From Octopus sinensis (taxonomy: Eukaryota), in assembly GCF_006345805.1 (NCBI RefSeq), contig NC_043007.1:35650001-35714000 (forward strand): DNA of 64,000 bases. The letters run 5' to 3'. A program made the translations under genes and the position numbers. Below, piece after piece: positions 12,261 through 26,004 of this stretch. Below the pieces are notes generated by a model. The model searched no databases. It had not been told where the DNA came from and saw nothing but the letters and a program-made list of their open reading frames with translations. How positions within the stretch are numbered: position 1 is the first letter of the stretch; the number at the start of each line of letters is the position of its first letter.

Positions 12261-14178
12261 GATGATGATGATGCACATACACACACAGACACACTTACAT
12301 GCATGCACTTATATCTATGTATATGTAGACATGCAAACATGCACATCATGACAAACCAGAAGCATTAAGGACAAATCACTGATGAGGTCTGAAATGGTTA
12401 AGGAAGAACACTGACAAATCAACTGGTTTTTTTGTTGTTGTTGTTGTTGTTGTTAAGCAACAAGACAGGTGAGGGTGATTAGGTGATGGTCTAGGACTTA
12501 GGGGCGGGAGACCCCAGACCTTGGAAAAAAAAAAACATGGTCGTCTTGTGGTCGAGGGCTCTTCGTTGACGCCTGACACCACTGGGAGGTGGCCCTCGAA
12601 GTCGCTGGAAATGGAGATCTCCAGGTCCAAATTCTTGAACGGCCAAATCAACTGATGGACTGATTGATCAAAGTATTAATCAAGTGAGTACTGAATTGGT
12701 TAATTAGTCAACTAGTTAACTGATAATTGTAAAATGCAAAGTATGTGTTTCTATTGACAAACTGACATTCTCAACATAAAATAAATGTGTGTGTGTGTGT
12801 TTGTGTGTGTGTGTAGACAGACAGATAGACATAGGCATTGATATTTTATCAAAGCTGATGATTCACTTGGTGTGTCTGTGTAAGAGAGAGAGGTAGATGA
12901 AAGACTGTGTTGTCTTCCTGAAAATGAATTAACTGAGATATGTGGAGTAGTAACACACACACACACACATGCGCCTGTACATGCACTCACATACATAGAT
13001 ATAGCATCGTTCCAAACACTTACTCAAATCTGTAACAGCAACTGAATTAAAGTTACCACATCACAATCATCACCACAACCACCACCATCACCACCACCAA
13101 CAACAACAACAGCAACTGCAGTGTCTACCTCTACCACTGCCACTACCACTACATCCATAAGTCAACTTGCTCGGAAGTGGATTAGTGGATATAAACCAAT
13201 TTATTTGTACATCTTGGTAATTATGTAGAATTAGGGATGTGGCCTTGAAAATGCGTTGATACAAGCTAAATTACAATCTTATCAAAACATTCACCAACAC
13301 ACACACACATACACACAAACACACACACATACATACATACACACACACACACATACTTGCATATTTACATGACTGTTTATAGCAATTAATTAGAAAAAAA
13401 CAAATAATAAAGTTTCAAGGAAATGAAAAAAATGAAGGTGGCGTGATGTAAATGATGGGCTGTAAACTGGAACTATGCGGTGAAATGGTATTTGTTTTAA
13501 ATCCAATTTTATACGACATAGAAAGGGGCTAGGGTGATAAACCTAGCTTTGATGGAGCTCTGAACCCATTCTTTTTATTAATGAATTTCTGATGTAGGCA
13601 AGGCTGGAATGTGGTCAAGAAGCCCGCTTTGCAACCACAAGGTTTTGGGTTCTGTCCCACCGTGCAGCACTACCTTGGATATGTAACTTTTATTATAGTC
13701 CTGGGTTGACCAATGCTTTGTGAAGGGAATTTAGTAGATGGAAGTCTAGAGATGTTGATGGTGAGTTCAGAATTGCTGTTGCTCCAAATGAACTAAAGGG
13801 AATTCATAGGAAACATGGAAAAGGAACCTTATGAAAAAGAGATGATAAAACAAATCTACAGATGTGTTAGTAATTTAGTACATTTAAAAAAACCTGTCCT
13901 CAAATATAGAAATACATGAAGTGACACACACACACACAAATAAATATATATATATGTATATATAATTATATACATGCACATGTTCATTGTATTTTGGAGT
14001 CAAAATGAGTGACTTCTACTTATATACATATGTACAGTATATGTATACATATGTACAGGCAGATGTTAAACGATGATGAAGGTGATGATCTATGTATGTA
14101 TGTATGTATGTAATACATGCAGGAATGCATGTACAGATAGATAGATATAGTTAAACATATCTGTATAAAAGTACATCC

Positions 14179-14213
<35 letters not shown>

Positions 14214-14235
14214 TACATATATACATATGTAAAAC

Positions 14236-14278
<43 letters not shown>

Positions 14279-14849
14279 TTATATATATATATATTATACA
14301 TGTATATATAAATCATATATATGTATGATTATCTGTATCTGTCTATATATATATATCTAGCATGGAAAGCGGACGCTAAATGATGATGATGATATATCTA
14401 TATATATATATATTCTCTTTATATATATATATATGTATGTATATATGTATATACAATGCATATATATATGTACGTATGTGAGTATGCATGTATATATACA
14501 CATGCGCACACACACACATATGAGTATCATACTTTAGTATAATATCACATTGATATAGTACAAAACATGACCTAAAACTAACATGTTTATCAAGATATGA
14601 GAACTGTTGAAGTCGTGTAGAGTTGTCTTTGTCAGTTGTGTTCAAAGCCACATAGTGTTCTTAATCACAATTTACAGGTTTCCATTGAAGCTGGAATCTA
14701 ACACACCATCTTCTGTAGTTTGCATGCTGAATGCTATTACAAAATGCTGTTTTGTGTGTAAGTGAGTGAGAATATATATATATATATATATATCTATATA
14801 TATATAGATATATAGATATGTATATGCATATATATCTATATATATATGG

Positions 14850-15345
14850 CTGCCGTGCTGATGGCTTCATAAAAAGCACCATCTGAACAAGGCCAATGAC
14901 AGTACCTATTTCTTTATTACCCACAAGGGGCTAAACATAGAGGGGACAAACAAGGACAGACAGAGGTATTAAGTCGATTACATCAATCCCAGTGCGTAAC
15001 TGGTCCTTAACTTATCGACCCTGAAAGGATGAAAGGCAAAGTCGACCTTGGCGGAATTTGAACTCAGAACATAACGACGGACCGGTGCACTAACGTTTCT
15101 CCCCTGACTGGCACCTATGCAGGTGGCATGTAAAAAGCACTATCTGAATGTGATTGATGCCAGGCTTGCCCAAATGGCTCCTATGCCGATGTCATGCAAA
15201 AGGCACCAACTGTACTCTCAGAGTGGTTGGCATTTGGAAGGGTATCAAGCTGTAGAAACATTACCAGATCAGATTGGAGCCTGGTTCAGCCAATGTCTCT
15301 CCAGACCTCAGTCAGCATAGAAAACAGATGTTAAATAATGATGAT
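14850..15345 (+). mobile_element. Family C (RTE-X 3' UTR-like) copy interrupted by a minus-strand SINE B at about 14903-15095
   Basis: GGTGGCATGTAAAAAGCAC subrepeats and the GATGTTAAA..(GAT)n tail flank a SINE B core. Confidence 0.7.
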
Positions 15346-15362
15346 GATATATGGTGTATATG

Positions 15363-15394
<32 letters not shown>

Positions 15395-15426
15395 TATATA
15401 TGTGTGTGGGTGTGTGTATGTGTGTT

Positions 15427-15471
<45 letters not shown>

Positions 15472-16010
15472 TATGTAATATATATATATGTAGTGTATAT
15501 ATGTATATGTATATATTATATATGTATTTGTATATATGTATATGTATATATATATATGTTTGTATATATGATATGTATATATATATATGTATTGTATATA
15601 TGTATATGTATATATATATATGTATTTGTATATATGTATATGTATATATATATATGTATTTGTATATATGTATATGTGTGTATGTATGTGTATATATATA
15701 TATATATATATAAATATATATATATACCCTAATTTATATATATATATGATGCTTGTCAAGCGGTATATGAGTTTGAGCAACACTGGTAAATTATTTTCTC
15801 TTAAGTGGTTTAAATACAATGACCATCAGCAATTCCCATGCTGATATTTTAATAGTGACAAGCATAAGACTCTTGCCCACAATCCTGAAACAAGCAGAAT
15901 CAAGGCCTCCAGTTTTGCGGAGAGGCAGGTGTTATTTCAGTATTTCCTTCTAGAGAGATGACTAAATAAAGTTTAGGGATTTCTCACTCCCAGCAGGAGT
16001 TCATCAACTC

Positions 16011-16110
16011 NNNNNNNNNNNNNNNNNNNNNNNNNNNNNNNNNNNNNNNNNNNNNNNNNNNNNNNNNNNNNNNNNNNNNNNNNNNNNNNNNNNNNNNNNN
16101 NNNNNNNNNN
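16011..16110. other. Assembly gap (100 N)
   Basis: Run of 100 N directly followed by a SINE B tandem array. Confidence 1.
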
Positions 16111-16770
16111 AAGTACCAGTTACACACTGGGGTCGATATAATCGACTTAATCTGTATGTCTGTCCTTGTTTGTCCATATCTATGTTTGGTCCCTTGTAGG
16201 TTGTAAAGAAATAAGTATTTCATCTGTCGTTACATTCTGAGTTCAAATTCCGCCAAGGTCGACTTTGCCTTTCATCCTTTTGGGGACGATTAAATAAGTA
16301 CCAATTACACACTGGGGTCGATATAATCGACTTAATCCATTTGTCTGTCCTTGTTTGTCCTCTCTGTGTGTAGCCCCTTGTGGGTAGTAAAGAAATAGGT
16401 ATTTTGTCTGCCGTTACGTTCTGAGTTCAAATTCCACCGAGGTCGACTTTGCCTTTCATCCTTTCGGGGTCGATTAAATAAGTACCAGTTACACACTGGG
16501 GTCAATATAATCGACTTAATCCGTTTGTCTGTCCTTGTTTGTCCTCTCTGTGTTTAGCTCCTTGTGGGTAGTAAGGAAAGATATTTTGTCTGCCATTACG
16601 TTCTGAGTTCAAATTCCACCGAGGTCGACTTTGCCTTTCATCCTTTCGGGGTTGATTAAATAAGTACCAGTTACGCACTGGAGTCGATATAATCAACTGA
16701 ATCCGTTTGTCTGTCCTTGTTTGTCCTCTCTGTGTTTAGCCCCTTGTGGGTAGTAAAGAAATAGGTATTT
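16111..16770 (+). repeat. Tandem array of 5'-truncated SINE B units (about 183 bp, at least 3.6 copies)
   Basis: Unit starts near 16216, 16400, 16582 and 16766 (periods 182-184). Confidence 0.9.
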
Positions 16771-16936
16771 CTTCTTCTGAGTCCTTAATGTTCTGAATTT
16801 GACTTTGCCTTTCATCCTTTCAGGGTTGATAAAGTAAGTACCATTTCGAGCACTGAGGTGGATGTAACCAACTCCCCTTTCTTTCAAAAACTGCTGGCCT
16901 TGTACCAAAAATAGAAAGAATTATTATTGTTCTTAA

Positions 16937-17151
16937 CCCTTTCGTTACCGTATTTATTTTGAGATGCTCTGTGTTCCTTTCAGTTACTTTATATATAACA
17001 AAGAATTTAAAATAACTTAGTTATCATTAAGCTAGTGTTAGAAACATAAATTGTGAAAGGTTTGGTGAAAGATTTTAATTTGAAACTTAGGAAAACAAGA
17101 TATTTATACTCAGAGCCAGAGCTGCTTTCAGCCGGGCTGGTAACTAAAGGG
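16937..17151 (+). mobile_element. piggyBac-type MITE
   Basis: TTAA-CCCTTTCGTTACC...GGTAACTAAAGGG-TTAA. Confidence 0.85.
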
Positions 17152-17775
17152 TTAAAGTAATAAACTGACAGGATTGTTAGCACACTGGAGGAAATGCCTA
17201 GTTGCATTTCTTTTGGCTCATAATGTTCTGAGTTCAAATTCTGCTATGATCAACTTTGCATTTCATCCTTTTGTGGTCAGTAAAGTAAGTACCAGTCAAA
17301 CACACAGGGGTTAATGTAATTGACTAGTCTCATCCTCCAAAATTTCAGCCCTTGTGCCTGTTATAGAAAGAATTACAATTAGTGTTGTTACTATTCTTCT
17401 TCTTGTTTGTTTTCACTGTTATGTTTTTGTCACCAATTTTGACCCTCTGCAAAATCCCAAATTTTATTTAATTTGCTTTGTGGGAGCAACTGTTTTATCG
17501 AAGGAGTATCTTGTCTGGAATTGCTCGAAATACAGATTAGAAAAACAGCCACCAACTGATGAAGGGTTGTTCTTTGTGTTATTTGCCTTGTTTTCCATTT
17601 GTTTCTTTCGCTGTTCACAAAAAATGTTCATATTCCATGTCTTCATACTTCGTATTTTTTGTTGTTTAAGTATTTTAATGTCCTGTGCCCACAGATGCAT
17701 ATATATATATACGTATACATGTAAGTATGTATGTATACATATGTATATATATATTATAATAATTATATATATATA

Positions 17776-18078
17776 TTGTTTGTTCCTTCTCGAGCCATGC
17801 CTGGCTCATAAGGGCTGGTTTCCTGGTTTCCTTGGCGTATAGGTTCCCCACCTGGACGGGACGCCAGTTCATTGCAGGTGAGCTGCAAGATGCAGGAGGA
17901 AAGAGTGAGAGAAAGTTGTGGCAAAAGAGTCAGCAGAAGTACACCATTACTTTCTACCGGAGCCGCTTGGAGCTTAGGTGTTTTGCTCATAAATACACAT
18001 ATCGCCCGGTCTGAGATTCGAACCTGCGATCCCTCGACTGCGAGTCCGCTGCTCTAACCATTAGGCCATGTGCCTCCA
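17776..18078 (-). mobile_element. SINE family D (tRNA-like head, V-domain-like GAACTGGCGTCCCGTCCAGG)
   Basis: Near-identical in structure to 36199-36505. Confidence 0.85.
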
Positions 18079-19621
18079 CACACACATATATATAGTCAAT
18101 TCAAATAAATGGATAGAAAACGGAAAAAGGAAAAACAGTGAATGTGAGGACATGTACAGGAAGTATATTAACTTGATATCAATGTATATATATATATATA
18201 TATGTATATATATTGTTAAATTTGGGGTCGATAAAATAAGTACCAGTTGAGTAATTGACCTAGCCCTCACCTGAAATTTATGGCCTTGTGCTAAAATTCG
18301 AAACTGATACTAACCCCATCCTCCAGTCCATGCTCTCTTTCGTATAACAAAAGAAGTACTTCATCAAGTGAGAGATAAATAATGGCCTAGTGGTTAAGGT
18401 GATGCACTGCTCATGATTGCAAGATTGCGGTTTCAATCCCCAGACTGGGCAGTTTGTTGTGTTCACGAGCAGATCACTTCATTTCATGTTGCTTTGCTAT
18501 CACTTTAACATCAGACATGTGGCACACCATGTACTCGTAAGGGGAATATCATTATTAACAAACTACCTCCACCACAACTACCTTCAATACACTACTACCA
18601 TCATCAGCACCACCACCACGGCGCCAACACACCACTACCACAGTCACCACCACTACCCTTGTCTCTGCCACTAACACCACTATCATCACTGCCATGGCAT
18701 CAACAACAGCAATGATGACCCACAACACCCCACCCAAACCCCGCGACCACCACCATCACCATCTACAAACTACAGCCACTGCCATCACTACCACTGGTGC
18801 CATCCAGTAATTATGATGATATTTTGGGTTAATTGCTACAGGTCTAATGGCATGTATAAACTACTATTCAAAGTCCCCCATTACAAATTCTCTTTCCTCT
18901 CTCTTTCTTTCTCTCACTCTCTCTCTCTCTTTCTCTCTCTCCACCCTTTTCTACCCTCCCACCTTCTCAGACACTTTTTTTCCATCCTACTCTATTAGTT
19001 TACATTTCTTTCTATCACTATCTTTCCATTCTTTTTTCAGATACATATAATATATACATACATTCACACACACACACACACACACACATAACACTCTTAC
19101 ATACATTCACACAGATATACATATATGTTTGTTTGTATGTGTGTGTGTGTCTATATATATGTATATAAAATTTTGACTCAGCTCCATATACATGAGTGTG
19201 TGTGTGTGTTTAATGTTAAATTGTTTTTATATACAATTTAACAAGAAAAAGCTAACTTTACTATAACACTCACTTTTATATATATGAGATGTACGTATGT
19301 ACAAATATGCACCTATATGTATGAATACACACACACACATTTCATATTTGGGTGTGCAAATAAAAGGAAAAAACATTATATTGTGCAGAGCTTTTATTTT
19401 AAATATAAATTATATATATACACATATACTTAACCATATCAAAGGGAAATGGAAATTAATTAAAATTTTCATTTCCAGTGGCCTAATGTGTAAAAATTTA
19501 GTCCAAAGACTATGCATTAGTCATAAAATACAGTGTACATTTAAACACATTAGGAATCCACTTGTGGGATTCAACATGCTAGAAAGAACAGCTAGGTTCC
19601 ATAACCACAAAATTAGAGATA

Positions 19622-19673
19622 AAATTCGACAGGAGTGAAGTTTTTATTTTTTCATTTCGTTCCTGTCGAATTT
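19622..19673 (+). ncRNA. Pre-miRNA-like hairpin (candidate)
   Basis: 20-bp stem (17 Watson-Crick + 3 G-U) with a 12-nt U-rich loop, in unique sequence, three CpGs retained. Confidence 0.35.
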
Positions 19674-19714
19674 GATATACACATATACATATATAATGCT
19701 TACATACATGCATT

Positions 19715-19774
<60 letters not shown>

Positions 19775-20189
19775 GTGTGTGTCCAAGTGAGCTCAACGAG
19801 ATGATGATCATGTATATATGTTAACAATTGTGTATCAGCTTGTAGTTTCACACACTGAAAATTATATGTGATCACTCTGACAATTTCCTGAATAGAGGCT
19901 AGGTTTCTGGTGTAGGTATACCTACTGAACTTGATTATTGTTGGCCAAAACCAGTCATGTGATGGTAGCTGTTGCAGATAAGATGGAAAAAAAAAAAGAT
20001 TGAAAAACTACTGTAATCTAAGGTGGAGTAGCCAGTCCTTGCATATGGCCATTAAAACAAGGGAAATTACTCAGTGTTGCTCATATCATCCGATTTTGAC
20101 TAGTTTATTTTGCATAAGCTGGAAATTTTCTAGGAAGAAGTTTTACAATGACAGCCGTTAAATAATACTTAGACTTATTACTTAAATAG

Positions 20190-20930
20190 TTTTATAATGA
20201 CACCAGTTAATAATACTTAGACTTAATACTTAAACGAACAAACTCTCATATTGAGAGCTATCAATGGCTGCTTAAACATCTTGAGATTCTCCTTTAGGCA
20301 AAATATACAACTTCATGAAGCATGAAAATATGAAGTTGCTTTACTGACAATGTTCCATGTTATTGAAGATGTTCAAGTCCCTGGTCCTTAAGTTCTCAAA
20401 TCAGCTGGGACAGGGGAGTGGAATTTTCCCTTTTCCTTGACTTAAAAGAGTTGAATGTTGATGAGAGTGATGTTTGAAAGTATTCACAGTAAGTCCCATG
20501 CAATTTTTTTATGACATTCCAGGGGTGTTATGAATTTTTGCTATGACTTCTTTGAAAAGACAGAGTGCTCTGAGTGGGTAGGCATATAGATTTCACACTT
20601 GCAAGTTAATTGTTGTGGTAGCATCAGTATAAGTACATGTTTATGATTGTAGCACATTATCTGGAGGATTGATATTCTCTAAGCAAGAATAGCTCACTTT
20701 TACATTAAGTGCATTGAAAAGTCTTAAGAAGTGTTGCCTAGTTAGGATTCAGAAATTCATAGCTATGATCATGTCATGGAATGGATTAATTTGGATTATG
20801 TCCCTCTTTTTTCTCAGGCATGGAATCAGTAGGCTATTGTCTATGTAAATTAACTTCTCATTAAAACTACTTCTAAGCACCACCTTGTTATGTAGGGGGT
20901 GGTCTTGTTGATGAGGTCACACTTTGAGAA
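20190..20930 (-). pseudogene. Penelope-like element (Neptune/Poseidon-type) linker + GIY-YIG endonuclease remnant
   Basis: Frameshifted translation: RDIIQINPF..FLRLF..NVKVSYSC..CKC..MGLTVNTFK..STPLSQLIW.LK..ITWNIVSKATSY..SCIFCLKE..LN. Confidence 0.7.
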
Positions 20931-21029
20931 TATATAGACGTTATCCAAAATTTCGAATTTTTACAAGCTTTATTTTGCCAACTTAAAAAATAATATTAAA
21001 TAATTTATAATAAATAATTATTTCAAATT

Positions 21030-21650
21030 TTTGCCACAAGGGCTGCTTGGGGGAGGTGGGGATGAGTTGATTACATCGCCCTCAGTGTTTAACTGGTACT
21101 TATTTCATCGACCCCAAAAGGTTGAAAAGCAAAATGGACTTTGGCGGAATTTGAACTCAGAATGTAATGACGGGCAAAATGCTTATTTCTTTACTACCCA
21201 CAAGGGGCTAAACACAGAGAGGACAAACAAGGACAGACAAACGGATTAAGTAGATTATATCGACCCCCAGTGTGTAATTGGTATTTATTTAATCGACCCT
21301 GAAAGGATGAAAGGCAAAGTCGACCTCGGCGGAATTTGAACTCAGAACGTAGCAGCAGACGAAATACCGCTAAGCATTTCGCCTGGCATGCTAACAATTC
21401 TGCCAGCTGGCCACCTTAATATATAATAAATAATCCTTTCTATTATAGGCACAAGGCCTGAAATTTGGGGAGAGAGGTTAAGTTGATTACATCGACCCCA
21501 GTACTCAACTGGTACTTAATTTATTGAACTCAAAAGGATGAAAGGCAAAGTCAACCTTGGTGGAATTTGAACTCAGAACATAGCGATGGGTGAAATATCA
21601 CTAAGCATTTCATCCAGTGTGCTAACGATTCTGCCAGCTCACTGCTTTAA
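21030..21650 (-). mobile_element. Cluster of three adjacent SINE B copies (two tail variants)
   Basis: Three cores at about 21130, 21320 and 21550, with head GG(C/T)GG(C/T)(G/C)AGCTGGCAGAA. Confidence 0.85.
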
Positions 21651-22326
21651 TATATGATAAATAATATAAAGCAACAATGTGCTTAATTAGTTGTTTTTTT
21701 TAATCATTTTCATACTCCAGTTATTTCCCTTCTCTCTGTCTCTCTCTTTTCATCTGAATTCAGGCAATAATGAGAACCACCACATCATTGTTAAATCTGT
21801 TAGAAATAACATTGTTTTTCAAAGGAAAAAAATACATATAAAAAAACCAGCTAAATACCTTTCAACAACACCTTGATTATGTATATAACATGTATTTCAT
21901 CTTTTTATTATGCTATATATTCTTGGCCAAAATATACTAAGTACTTTCTGCATGTTAATTTGTCCCCATTTTGTGGACAACAAGGAGGAATAGTCTACAC
22001 TGCTGTGGTAAAATTATAGCCAAAATGTGTCCATAGTTATCCAACATTTCTGAAACAACCATCAAATTCACCAGTTTTGCTAAGTATATTAATTAATTCA
22101 ACTATGAATTAATTTTTAGTATCCTGAAATTACCTCCCCTCCCTCATTTGGAGTTGCTAACAATTAACTAGGTGTGTTTTCTTTCTCTATCAGCAACAGA
22201 AATTTCAATAAAATTCAGTATTTATTATGTATGCTTACATACTTATAAATGCACTTTTGCACGATGCTGTAAGAATGATTTTGAGTAATTGTTAACCAAA
22301 TTAATAACCATAAAATCCTAACCATA

Positions 22327-22736
22327 GGCGTAGGAGTGGCTGTGTGGTAAGTAGCTTGCTTACCAACCACATGGTTCCGGGTTCAGTCCCACTGCGTGAC
22401 ACCTTGGGCAAGTGTCTTCTGCTATAGCCTCGAGCCGACCAAAGTCTTGTGAGTGGATTTCATAGGCGGAAACTGAAAGAAGCCCATCGTATACATGTAT
22501 ATATATATGTGTGTGTGTGTGTGTGTTTGTGTGTCTGTGTTTGTCCCCCAACATTGCTTGACAACCAATGCTGGTGTGTTTACGTCCCTGGAACTTAATG
22601 GCTCGGCAAAAGAGACCGATAGAATAAGTACTAGGCTTACAAAGAATAAGTCCTGGGGTTGATTTGCTCGACTAAAGGCAGTGCTCCAGCATGGCCACAG
22701 TCAAATGGCTGAAACAAGTAAAAGAGTAAAAGAGAG
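22327..22736 (+). mobile_element. SINE family A, full length
   Basis: Complete match. Confidence 0.9.
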
Positions 22737-23113
22737 TATAATTTACCTTATGGTACGGATGAATTAACTGTAACTTCCCCCATTCTTAAAAACACAAAGT
22801 ATCTATTTAATTTGCTCTGTCAGTGTATGCATGCCAAACCACATGTATGTATGCTTATATCTTTGTGTAAGTTTGTACAACCAAGAGTACAAGCACCATA
22901 CAATCTAAGTGAGGGCGTTTAAATATCCATATCTGCTAACAGTTATACTTAATACTTTTTCCGCTGTATTGTATATTTGTCACGTTTTTGCATCTAATTT
23001 TTATTGATCTTCTATGATAATGAAGCTGTGTCCCTTAATTTGTTGCTTTTGTATACATGTGCAGAGATGAAAACTTGCAGAATAGATGTTTTCTTAATGA
23101 GATACATCTTGTA

Positions 23114-23211
23114 ATCACCTGAAGAGACACATCTACACTGACAGATACTCCAAAACCAGTATCCTACCTGTGAGGAATCAATGCTAGATAGGTCGAAACA
23201 ACTGTAGTGAT
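23114..23211 (+). ncRNA. Type I hammerhead ribozyme motif, complete core
   Basis: Stem I ATCAC(23114-18)/GTGAT(23207-11); CTGAAGA 23119-25; stem II GAC..ATCTA/TAGAT..GTC; GAAAC 23195-99; loop AACT; GTA cleavage triplet 23204-06. Confidence 0.75.
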
Positions 23212-24105
23212 CAATCGACATTCTTATATCTTCCATTTTCTTTCTCTCTCATTAATCAAACACCTAATGAACACTGTGACAGTGAACATGCTTTAGCAGT
23301 AAGCTACCAGGTGTATAACTATACAATTTATTAACTAATAATATATATATATTTATACATACATATATATATATACATATATATATATATATCTTACATA
23401 CATAATATACATAGGTACACAAACACACACTATATTAGTTCTCTTTTTATAACCCTAGGTCGGATGTGAGGAAATAGGCAAGAACATTTACAAAATTTCA
23501 GATGATCCTATATCTTAAGATTTCGTGCTCTTAAGCGTATAAGCACTGGTACTCCAGAGCCCTTAATTATAATTATATTTTATAATTATATACTTAAAAT
23601 ATATATATATATACCTGTGTGTTTGTGTTCTTCCCTTAGTGCTAAGTATTAGACTTAAAAACCTTTTAAGACACACATATATACTAAACAAAATGTAATA
23701 TGCATTTACGACAAGGTATCAGAATCACAGTTCAGTGGAAGCCATACAATTATTCTTGTTCCAATTCTCTCATCTATTCCTTCAGCTATTCTTCCATTCA
23801 TATACTCCTAATACTGTGAAATCCATAGCTAGGTCTGGAAGGAATGCTTAACTCTTGAAACAGGTCTGAGATATCATTAGGGTGTGGCAGGCTGGGTAGG
23901 ATTTAGGGGCAGGGAAGAAATATTCAAGTTGACCTAATTTGGGAAACACTGCAAGCAATATCACTGTTTAAATGGTATTCACCAGGGAATTCCTGTGTAT
24001 CTTATTAAAGCAGAATCATAGAACAGACATCTATTTATAGTGATTGTTAGTAATTTTTTTGAGGTTGTCTAGTTGTTAGGGTCATTAAGTTGAGATAGTA
24101 AGATA

Positions 24106-24618
24106 CTGTAAATCCTCGAGTATAATCTGCATTTTTTCCCCAAAATTTATAGGTCAAAATCCCTAGTGCGTACTATATACAAGGTTAAAAATGAAAATTA
24201 TTTTCTAAGCAATGTCCAAGTCTCTATTTGCTGTCCAGCAATGTTTATTCAGAAGCATTTTGTGATGTCGAGCATGAAAATACCTTAAGCTAAGCCTGAA
24301 AGCAATGAAGTCATAAAAGAATCATCCATAACTTGCAATAAGTAACATTTATTAAACGTTATTACTGTTATTTCTTTATTTTCTGCAAACAAAATGCACA
24401 AAAAGCTACACGTTCGCATTATGTTATATATACAATAATAATAATAAAGGACGTTACCGTATACATTTTTACAAACCAAGGACGTTATATAGACCTCCTT
24501 GACTCAAGTTAGAGAATGGGTGCATATTATACACAAGGTTTAGGCTTTTCAGAGGTACAGGCCCTAAAAATCCCCTGCATATTATACTCAAGGGCGGACT
24601 ATACTCAAGGATTTATGG
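24106..24618. mobile_element. Tc1/mariner (pogo/Tc2-like) MITE
   Basis: TA-CTGTAAATCCTCGAGTATA ... TATACTCAAGGATTTATGG-TA: imperfect 19-bp TIRs with TA TSD. Confidence 0.75.
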
Positions 24619-24719
24619 TATAGATCAACCATTGAAGTCTTCTAGAATCATTGTGGTAAGAAGCTTGCTTCCCAACCACATGGTTCTGGGTTCAGTTCCA
24701 CTGTGTGGTACCTCGGACA

Positions 24720-25250
24720 TGGATGGTTTGAGTGAAGTCTGGTAACCCGGGAGTGCTGAATCAGGTTCCAATCTGATTTGGCAAGGTTTCTATGGCTGAA
24801 TGCCCTTCCTAATGCCAACCACTCCAAGAGTGTTGTGGGTGTTTTTTTACATGCCACTGGCACAGGTGCCAATAACCTGACACCAGCATCAGCCAGGACT
24901 ATGGTCTCACTTGGCTTGACAGGTCTACACCAGTTCGATATATCGCCAAAGGTCTTGGTCACCTGTCACTGTCTCAATGAGGCCTAACGCTTGAAGTGCT
25001 TTTTACGTGCTACCAGCACAGGTCCTGGTCAGACAGCACTGGCATTGCCCACGACTATGATTTCACTCGGTTTGACACATCTTCACAAGCATAGCATATC
25101 ATCCAACAATTGAAGGGTGCTTCAATGGGCCAGCTACATGATACTGTCATTGGCCATGACTACAATCTCACTTGGCTTGATGGGTCTTCACAAGCACATC
25201 ATATCTCCAAAGGTCTCAGTCATTGCCTCTGTAAGGCAATCTACCTCAAT
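24720..25250 (-). mobile_element. RTE-X LINE 3' UTR fragment (family C) with internal duplications
   Basis: Homologous to 52088-52600 (CACTTGGCTT.ACAGGTCT, CCAAAGGTCT.GGTCA, GCCTAACG). Confidence 0.7.
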
Positions 25251-26004
25251 AAACTCTGCCTGCCTGATAATTAATGATGACAATGATGCTGCTGTTGTTC
25301 TTGTTGTTGTTGTTGTTTAGCAACTACCGGCTGGATAGTTGGTCAGTGCTGCTCCGCAATCACCACCTGCCTCTCCGCCATCCTCAGCCATCTCTTCCTT
25401 AGGATGTGCAGATGGTGGGAGGAACAGGCAAAGTTGGGTTGGCGGCTCCTGAAAACTTGACCCGGGAAGGGGGGGGGCTGGAGCCATCACGTCCTGGGTT
25501 GTTGAAAAATTTTTTTTTTATGCTGAAGATGGTGGTGGTGGTGGTGGTGGAGGTGTTGGTGGTGGTGGTGGTGGTGGTGGTGGTGGAGGTGTTGGTGGTG
25601 GTGGTGGTGGTGGTGGTGGTGGTGGTGTTATTTGTCATGATCTACATCCTGCGTATTTCAGTTTCCCAGTTCATTGTCCTTTCCTTCTTCTCTATGATGT
25701 TTTTGTTTAGTTTGGCAGAGATTATTGGGATGTCTGTCTGTCTGTTTGTCAGAGTACAGAATATTTTCGTCACAGTCCTTGTTATAATTATATACGGGGT
25801 AGATAGTTAGCCTTGATCTTCTAATCAGTCTGTGCAGACATACCCTAGATAATTACAGCCATGTCATTGTCCTTCACCTCGTTTGTTATATTCGCTTACA
25901 TCACTTCCTAAGCGTCAGCAAATTGCTTGGATGACGAGCTTGTCATTTCATTCCGCCATCATCATCATACAACATCCACTTTTCTACACGTGCATGGGTT
26001 AGGT

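Noticed and set aside
12371-12400. CTGATGAGGTCTGAAA
   Set aside because: No room for stem II and no stem I complement, so this is a chance match.
17354-17842. 162-aa hydrophobic ORF
   Set aside because: It starts in a SINE B tail, crosses T-rich DNA and a TA tract, and ends in a SINE D. The hydrophobicity reflects base composition.
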